From: Candidatus Pacearchaeota archaeon
GTDB taxonomy: Archaea > Nanobdellota > Nanobdellia > Pacearchaeales > GW2011-AR1
Reading direction: 5' to 3'
Assembly: GCA_016181885.1 (NCBI GenBank)
Contig: JACOYJ010000026.1
Span: forward strand, 1,185 to 65,184
Length of the DNA: 64,000 nt
Shown here piece after piece: positions 58,893 through 64,000 of the stretch (position 1 is its first letter; each line of letters starts with the position of its first letter). The notes under the pieces are model-generated. The model was not told the DNA's origin, ran no database searches, and saw only the letters and a program-made list of their open reading frames with translations. The translations under genes and the position numbers were made by a program.

Positions 58893-59540
58893 TTAGCTGC
58901 AAACCTCTTTTTTAGGAACTTTAACTGTATTAAATGAACAATCTAAATCAGGAGGAAGGCTTACTGCGAAAGGATTGTAAGAGCTTGTATATTCTCCTCT
59001 TATAGTTTCAAATTCTCCTGGACCGAGCGTAAGTTTCTTAGAAATTGTATAAATAGAATTGTTTATCCCTTTTGATATATCGTAAAAAATAATGTCCAGC
59101 TCAAAATCCCCTGCAACAAGAACATCAAGATTATGAACTTCTGCCGAGCAGTTGAGATATTGTTTGTCGCAGGATTTTTTGATTTGTATTAAGCAGACAG
59201 AATTTTTTTGAATGTCTTGGATAGAATACGAAATTTGTTGGTTATAACAGGAAGGCTGAGATCCTGATCTCCCGGAATCTCCGCCAGAGCTGCTGCCCGA
59301 ACTTCCGTCATTAGAACCAGCTGAAGCATCTCCATTATCGGCATTTTCCGACGAGTCTGAAGGATTTTCTCGAGAATCTCCAAGGTCTTTGGCTTCAAAT
59401 AAGGATTCGATTTGTTCAATTGGATTTTTTCCAGAGGTTTTCCACGAAGACAGGCTTAGAATAACTATCAAAACAGCAACAATAGGGATTGAGCTTAAGA
59501 TAATCCTCTTTAATTTGCTCTTTTTTTCCAAATCTTCCAT
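58893..59540 (-). CDS. secreted protein, tandem paralog of the 58290-58892 product
   Basis: Same architecture; 0-nt spacing to the downstream gene. Confidence 0.45.
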   Translation of the reverse strand: MEDLEKKSKLKRIILSSIPIVAVLIVILSLSSWKTSGKNPIEQIESLFEAKDLGDSRENPSDSSENADNGDASAGSNDGSSGSSSGGDSGRSGSQPSCYNQQISYSIQDIQKNSVCLIQIKKSCDKQYLNCSAEVHNLDVLVAGDFELDIIFYDISKGINNSIYTISKKLTLGPGEFETIRGEYTSSYNPFAVSLPPDLDCSFNTVKVPKKEVCS

Positions 59541-59572
59541 TAAATAACTAAGAACAATATTCTTATAAAGTT

Positions 59573-59815
59573 TTGTTTACTTTAAGAAAGATGGCAGAAC
59601 AGCAAAAAACGGGCTTTCACAATTATGTTCCTTATTTTTTAGTTGATGAAAAAGGAGAATTAATTCCCATTTATGCTATGGCCGATGCCATTACAGAATG
59701 CGCCAAAGTTGGAATTAAAGCGGGGAATTTTCTCTTAGAAGATATTGATGAAATTTTGGAGAAAGGCGGTTTAATTGAAATTCTGAGAAAATTATCTGAA
59801 AAGACTAGAGACTAA
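59573..59815 (+). CDS. hypothetical small protein
   Basis: ORF only. Confidence 0.3.
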   Translation: MFTLRKMAEQQKTGFHNYVPYFLVDEKGELIPIYAMADAITECAKVGIKAGNFLLEDIDEILEKGGLIEILRKLSEKTRD

Positions 59816-60065
59816 CTAATTTTTATCAAATCTGAAATAGAATAGCTCCTAACATGGGGAAAACCATCTACACAAACGCAGGTCATATTTCCATAAGTAA
59901 AAACTACCTCTCCCTTAAGATAAGAATCGTATTGCAAGTTAAAATCCTGTCCTATTGAAATTGCCCTTTTTCTGATTATGACTTTGTCCCTGTGCGCCAA
60001 AAGTTCGGGTGCCATATAAAATTGCTGAAAGAAAGTTTTATAAAGATTTCCATACGAAAAACATT

Positions 60066-60521
60066 ATGAGACATAAATTAATTGGAGATATTGGATTACC
60101 TTTAGCTGTTGCTTTAGCTGTTTTTTCAGCCGGTTACCCTGTAGCATCGAATATGAAATTGCGTAAATGCAACGGCCCTTGCATGGAACAAAAAATACAC
60201 AATGGAGATTTTATATTTTATGAGAGTTTTCCTATGTTAAATAGAAGATTAAATAAAGGCGATATTGTTAGGTCTATTCTTCCAAATAATAAAGAAGAAC
60301 GTATCGTCAAGAGAATAGCTGCGATGCCTGGAGATACCATATGCAATTTATTGCAGGAAAGAGTTTTGGGAGATAGCGAGTATTGGCTTTTGGGGGATAA
60401 TCAGTCTAATTCTTATGATAGCCGATTTTTTGGCCCGGCAAATGAAATTAATGCGAGAGGCTTGTTTGTTTATTGTCCACATGAAAGAAATTTTCTTGAC
60501 AGATTCAAGAGTGCTCATTAA
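60066..60521 (+). CDS. lepB: signal peptidase I, bacterial LepB (S26A) type
   Basis: Catalytic Ser region (ASNMK), Lys region VKRIAAMPGDT, and LLGDNQSNSYDSRFFGP (GDNxxxSxDSRxxG box). Start taken at MRHKLIG; the ORF is open from 60009. Confidence 0.7.
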   Translation: MRHKLIGDIGLPLAVALAVFSAGYPVASNMKLRKCNGPCMEQKIHNGDFIFYESFPMLNRRLNKGDIVRSILPNNKEERIVKRIAAMPGDTICNLLQERVLGDSEYWLLGDNQSNSYDSRFFGPANEINARGLFVYCPHERNFLDRFKSAH

Positions 60522-60664
60522 TCTATTGCATCAAGAATAAAGTTTAAAAATCCTGAAGCACATGTCTTTAAGTAGAGGGCGAGACTAGTTTTCGTTCGTT
60601 TGCGTTAGCAATTGATGGGGCATTTTCGGATGTCCCACCTCTACACTATTCTCTCTTTTATAGC

Positions 60665-60906
60665 TGTAAAGTAAACCAGCAATCTTAACGTAAAAAATTA
60701 CTCACTCCTATCGTCGTGTATTTTATTATTAACATTAATGGCAAGTCTGCGAATGAAATGAACAATATATTATTAAACTAATAATTACCTTTTATCATCA
60801 ATAATTGTTTCATCTTGCAACTTTATGCTCTTCCATTAAACTCCTTGCGATAATAATGTTGAAGGAATTAAACTGCGGATATTGAATTATAAACTTGACT
60901 TAACAA
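60665..60906 (+). repeat. repeat family 1, copy E (extended form, alternative middle module)
   Basis: The 5' ~95 nt and 3' ~50 nt match the core. The middle is replaced by a module also present in copy B. Confidence 0.75.
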
Positions 60907-60980
60907 TAGCGAAAACCCTTTAGATGGTCTATTAACAAAAACCTTAATTTTATATATAGTTTATTCTTGTATAAATTGAG

Positions 60981-61409
60981 GTGAATATGCTTTTTTATAA
61001 AAAAAATAATTGCTCCCATATTGGCAATTCTAAAGCGCAGGGTTCTGTTGAGTTTTTAATGCTGTTCGGCGCGGCAATGTTTTTTTTCATTTTGTTTTTG
61101 GGGGTTATACAGACAAATATCCAGGATAAAAACAAGGAGAAAGAAAGGCTGATTGTCCAAAATATTGCCTTGGGAGCGCAGAACGAAATCAGCATTGCAG
61201 CAGAGTCCACAGACGGATATTACAGGAATTTTTCAATACCAGAGAATATTTTAGGAAAAGATTATGGAATCTCCAACGGAAACGAATATTTGAATATAAG
61301 CCTTGGAAAATTTGCTGTTTTTTATAAAATTCCGCCGATTAATGGCGAAATAAAAAAGGGAATTAATGCAATAAAAAAAGAAAATGGGCAGGTTTATCTT
61401 AACTCTTAA
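60981..61409 (+). CDS. pilin-like protein with class III signal peptide
   Basis: …GNSKAQGSVEFLMLFGAAMFFFILFLGVI: processing-site-like KAQG followed by a hydrophobic helix. Confidence 0.5.
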   Translation: MNMLFYKKNNCSHIGNSKAQGSVEFLMLFGAAMFFFILFLGVIQTNIQDKNKEKERLIVQNIALGAQNEISIAAESTDGYYRNFSIPENILGKDYGISNGNEYLNISLGKFAVFYKIPPINGEIKKGINAIKKENGQVYLNS

Positions 61410-61821
61410 ATCGAAAAAAGCGCAGGCGTGGAGCTTTGACTTAGTTATAGCGAGCATAATATTTATCGTCGGCATTGTGATGCTTTACTTTTATGCTGTG
61501 AATTATACGTCCCAATCAGAAAACAAGCTTGATGACTTATTCTTCGAGGGAAATCTTGCTTCAGAGCTTATTCTCAGCGAGGATTCATTCGGAATCTTGA
61601 CTGGAAATCAGATTAACCAGGCAAAACTTGATGAATATTTAAATTACCAGCAGAAAAAAGACGAGCTCGGGCTGACAAAAAACTTTTATTTTAATATTCA
61701 AAACGACCCTACAAATTACGGGCTTGTAAATCCGCCGGATGTTGAGAACATTGTCCGGGTAATCAGAATAACTATTGACAACAATAAAATTGTCTCGTTC
61801 AAACTTTATATATGGGAATAA
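61384..61821 (+). CDS. pilin-like protein with class III signal peptide
   Basis: MGRFILTLKSKKAQAWSFDLVIASIIFIVGIVMLYF. Confidence 0.5.
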   Translation: MGRFILTLKSKKAQAWSFDLVIASIIFIVGIVMLYFYAVNYTSQSENKLDDLFFEGNLASELILSEDSFGILTGNQINQAKLDEYLNYQQKKDELGLTKNFYFNIQNDPTNYGLVNPPDVENIVRVIRITIDNNKIVSFKLYIWE

Positions 61822-64000
61822 AAAAAATAAAATTAATTAATGGAAAAAGAGGCTATTTTTTCAGCCTTGACGCTTTTTTAGCTTTGGTTATAATATTCGG
61901 AGTTATTTTGTTTATTAAGCCGACAGTAAAGCACGTTGACTATGAAGAAAGCATTCATGAAGATTTGCTTTTGGCTTTATCGTCGGTGGCTATTGCTGAT
62001 TTAAACAACTCTTACGCAGAAACTTTAAGGTCAAGTGGAGCAATAACTAATCAAAACCAGTCTGTTTTAGATCAAATTGGCGAGTTTTATGCAAACAGCG
62101 ACACTCGCGCAAATACTCTTGCTGATTCTATTCTTAACGAATTAGATTTGGATAAAAATATTGGGATTTATTTCGGAGACAGCGAGATTGCAAAAATAGA
62201 GATAATCCCATACGCAAGCGCTGAAACAATCTCAACTTCAAGGCAGATTATCAGCGGAATTCAGCAAGGCAACGCAACCAAGGGTTATTCATCAAGGGCA
62301 TTTTTGTTCGCCAATAAAAGAGTTGATTATTTTTATTTTGGGGGTTATGTCGGGGACGGAAACATAAGCGTTATAATAAATGGAACAGTGCTTGGTGTGA
62401 ATGTTGAAGGCGTATTCTCAAAAAATTTTGATGTTTACATAAATAATGTTTTTGCCGGCAACCATTCTCCAGCAGCAAATATTCCGTATAAATTCAGCCT
62501 TGCTGACCAACTGAGCAAGTTTGTTCCTGGAGAAAATATTGTTGAATTTAGGTCAACGCAGGAAAACTTATATGTTGCTGGCGGATTTATCAAAGTTGTT
62601 TACGATTCTTATGATATTAACGAGGGAAAAACTAAATTCTTTCCCGGAGTTGAAGGATTGATTAACCTATATGACAGTTTTTATGTCCCTTCTGTTGTTA
62701 AAAAAATGGACATTCTTTTGCATTATAACAGCAGTTATGATATTTTTATGACAATAGGAAATAAAACAGTTTATCAGGGAAATAGCAGCGGAAGTGAGAC
62801 GAGCGTTATTTTAAATGATTCTTATCTGAAGAGCATTTTAGATACTTCTGGAGGATTGGGTGTTATTAAATATCCAAATCTTCATGATAAAACAGTTCCT
62901 GTAAGGATTGGACTGAGCAATGCCTCTTATTATCTAAATCAATCAAGTTATGTAGACATTATCTCTGTTACAGACATTTCTGGAAGCATGGATGAAGATA
63001 AAATAACTGATGCAAAAAATGCAAATATTCAATTAATTGATGCAATTCTAAATTATTCGGGAAACAATGTTGGTTTGGCTGCATACTCAACATGGGCTAA
63101 AAAAAATGATTTTCACACATTATCTAATGACAGCACTTCTTTGAAGAATGAAGTTAATTCATGGAATGCGCAAGATTATACTTGCATATGTTGCGGAATT
63201 CTCAAAGCAGTTAGTTGTTTTGATAAAAACATATTTTTAGATAATTTCAATGGACAGACCAGCGGAAGCAACCCAATTGGCTGGACTATCGTTGAAGGCA
63301 ACGGAGTAATTGATATAACTTCATCAAGTTTGGAAGGGGATAGGGCAGTTAACATATCTAGACTCTCATCTCAAAACCCATCAATGAATCATTATTTTCC
63401 CCCACAACAGGATAAAATCACAACTGAGTTTTTAGTCAGGCACAATTCCGGCACTGGCACAATTAGAATGGAAGTTGAAGGAGCAAATGATGGGTATAGT
63501 TCGCTTCAAGACTATATAGTCCTTAAAATGTATGGCGGTTGGATTAGAAATGTTAATGCGCAGATTGTTAGTTATAATTTAAACACTATTTATAAAATAA
63601 GAGTAGAAGTTGTTCCTGGGGCAAGCACATATGACCTTTATGTTAATGACGCTCTTGTAGGAGACAATTTAGCTGTTTACGCAACAAGAAATAATGTTGC
63701 AAGGGTTTTCTTTACAACAGAAAATTCAAATATTAATTATGCAGTAGATGACGTTAAAGTATTTTTAACAGATGAAATATGCGATGTCCCTCAGGGAAAT
63801 AGAAATAGGGTAGCTGTTGTAATGAGCGACGGACAGGCAAATAGAGATTGCGGACTGAATCCTGTTCCTGATTATGACCTGGACGGAGACACGGATTTTG
63901 ACCCAAGTGACCAGGCAATTGAGGCAGCATGCATTGCAAAGCAAAAGAATATTACTGTGCATGCTGTTGGATTTGGAAATACAGCAGATGAAGAAACACT
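61812..64000 (+). CDS. large pilin-like protein with class III signal peptide and a von Willebrand factor A (MIDAS) domain; 3'-truncated by the window edge (>729 aa)
   Basis: Start MGIKKIKLINGKRGYFFSLDAFLALVIIFGVILF, not in the ORF track because no stop falls in the window. The frame is open to nt 64000. MIDAS motif DISGSMDED at about aa 390 and a second metal-site-like VAVVMSDGQAN. Confidence 0.6.
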   Translation, partial: MGIKKIKLINGKRGYFFSLDAFLALVIIFGVILFIKPTVKHVDYEESIHEDLLLALSSVAIADLNNSYAETLRSSGAITNQNQSVLDQIGEFYANSDTRANTLADSILNELDLDKNIGIYFGDSEIAKIEIIPYASAETISTSRQIISGIQQGNATKGYSSRAFLFANKRVDYFYFGGYVGDGNISVIINGTVLGVNVEGVFSKNFDVYINNVFAGNHSPAANIPYKFSLADQLSKFVPGENIVEFRSTQENLYVAGGFIKVVYDSYDINEGKTKFFPGVEGLINLYDSFYVPSVVKKMDILLHYNSSYDIFMTIGNKTVYQGNSSGSETSVILNDSYLKSILDTSGGLGVIKYPNLHDKTVPVRIGLSNASYYLNQSSYVDIISVTDISGSMDEDKITDAKNANIQLIDAILNYSGNNVGLAAYSTWAKKNDFHTLSNDSTSLKNEVNSWNAQDYTCICCGILKAVSCFDKNIFLDNFNGQTSGSNPIGWTIVEGNGVIDITSSSLEGDRAVNISRLSSQNPSMNHYFPPQQDKITTEFLVRHNSGTGTIRMEVEGANDGYSSLQDYIVLKMYGGWIRNVNAQIVSYNLNTIYKIRVEVVPGASTYDLYVNDALVGDNLAVYATRNNVARVFFTTENSNINYAVDDVKVFLTDEICDVPQGNRNRVAVVMSDGQANRDCGLNPVPDYDLDGDTDFDPSDQAIEAACIAKQKNITVHAVGFGNTADEET

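Noticed and set aside
1-64000. CRISPR arrays, rRNA genes, integrases/transposases
   Set aside because: No arrays of regularly spaced direct repeats with unique spacers were seen. No 16S/23S/5S signature blocks were seen. No recognisable recombinase or transposase ORF is in the window.

Overview
The window is low-GC and densely packed, with frequent 4-nt start/stop overlaps. It looks archaeal: a group II chaperonin (thermosome), FlaI/FlaJ/KaiC-like pilus-assembly genes, pilins with class III signal peptides, intron-containing tRNAs split at position 37/38, a C1-G72 tRNA-Tyr and TTTAAA-type TATA boxes. A small-genome, DPANN-like archaeon is the likely source. Many genes look bacterial in type (CspA, IspH, Cfa, LepB-type signal peptidase I, NadD, an NrtR-like regulator).

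Layout:
- 1-1.3 kb: 3' part of seryl-tRNA synthetase, cut by the window edge.
- 2.9-5.2 kb: tRNA-Asp (intron-containing), followed by a ~1 kb Fic gene bracketed by a 13-bp duplication of the tRNA 3' end. Next to it is an MNT/HEPN toxin-antitoxin pair; the HEPN gene is split by a frameshift.
- 5.9-6.5 kb: a putative RHH/toxin pair.
- 6.8 kb: cold-shock protein.
- 7.1-15.3 kb: a tightly coupled NAD biosynthesis/salvage operon: NAPRTase, nicotinamidase, NadE, NadA, NadD, Nudix, a YpsA/SLOG-like protein and NAD kinase.
- 15.3-17.5 kb: on the opposite strand, a divergent NadM-like adenylyltransferase fused to a SAM methyltransferase; facing it, an NrtR-like Nudix-wHTH regulator.
- 18.9-22.4 kb: SufB, SufU, IspH and SufC in one gene string.
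- 22.5-26.7 kb: saccharopine dehydrogenase-family protein, TrxB, cyclopropane-fatty-acid synthase and a frameshifted patatin.
- 26.8-27.4 kb: VapBC pair.
- 28.2-36.5 kb: a secreted metzincin, a 1091-aa Cys-rich secreted protein, an intron-containing tRNA-Tyr, two tandem subtilisin-propeptide (I9)-like small proteins and a membrane-anchored surface protein.
- 36.5-40.3 kb: TagF-like glycosyltransferase, HIT protein and a CBS/zinc-ribbon protein.
- 40.6-43.5 kb: four small unknown genes followed directly by the thermosome.
- 43.5-47.6 kb: an accessory-looking stretch with a transglutaminase-like protein and a GHKL-ATPase + STAS(DUF4325) pair.
- 47.8-51.5 kb: glutamine synthetase, a collagen-repeat protein, an EamA-like transporter and tRNA-Gly.
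- 52.3-64 kb: a type IV pilus-like locus: KaiC-like ATPase, two FlaJ/TadC, FlaI/TadA, four pilin-like genes including a >729-aa VWA pilin-like protein, and a bacterial-type signal peptidase I.

Two dispersed noncoding repeat families stand out. One has five promoter-proximal, modular copies. The other has two copies, each beside a tRNA gene.
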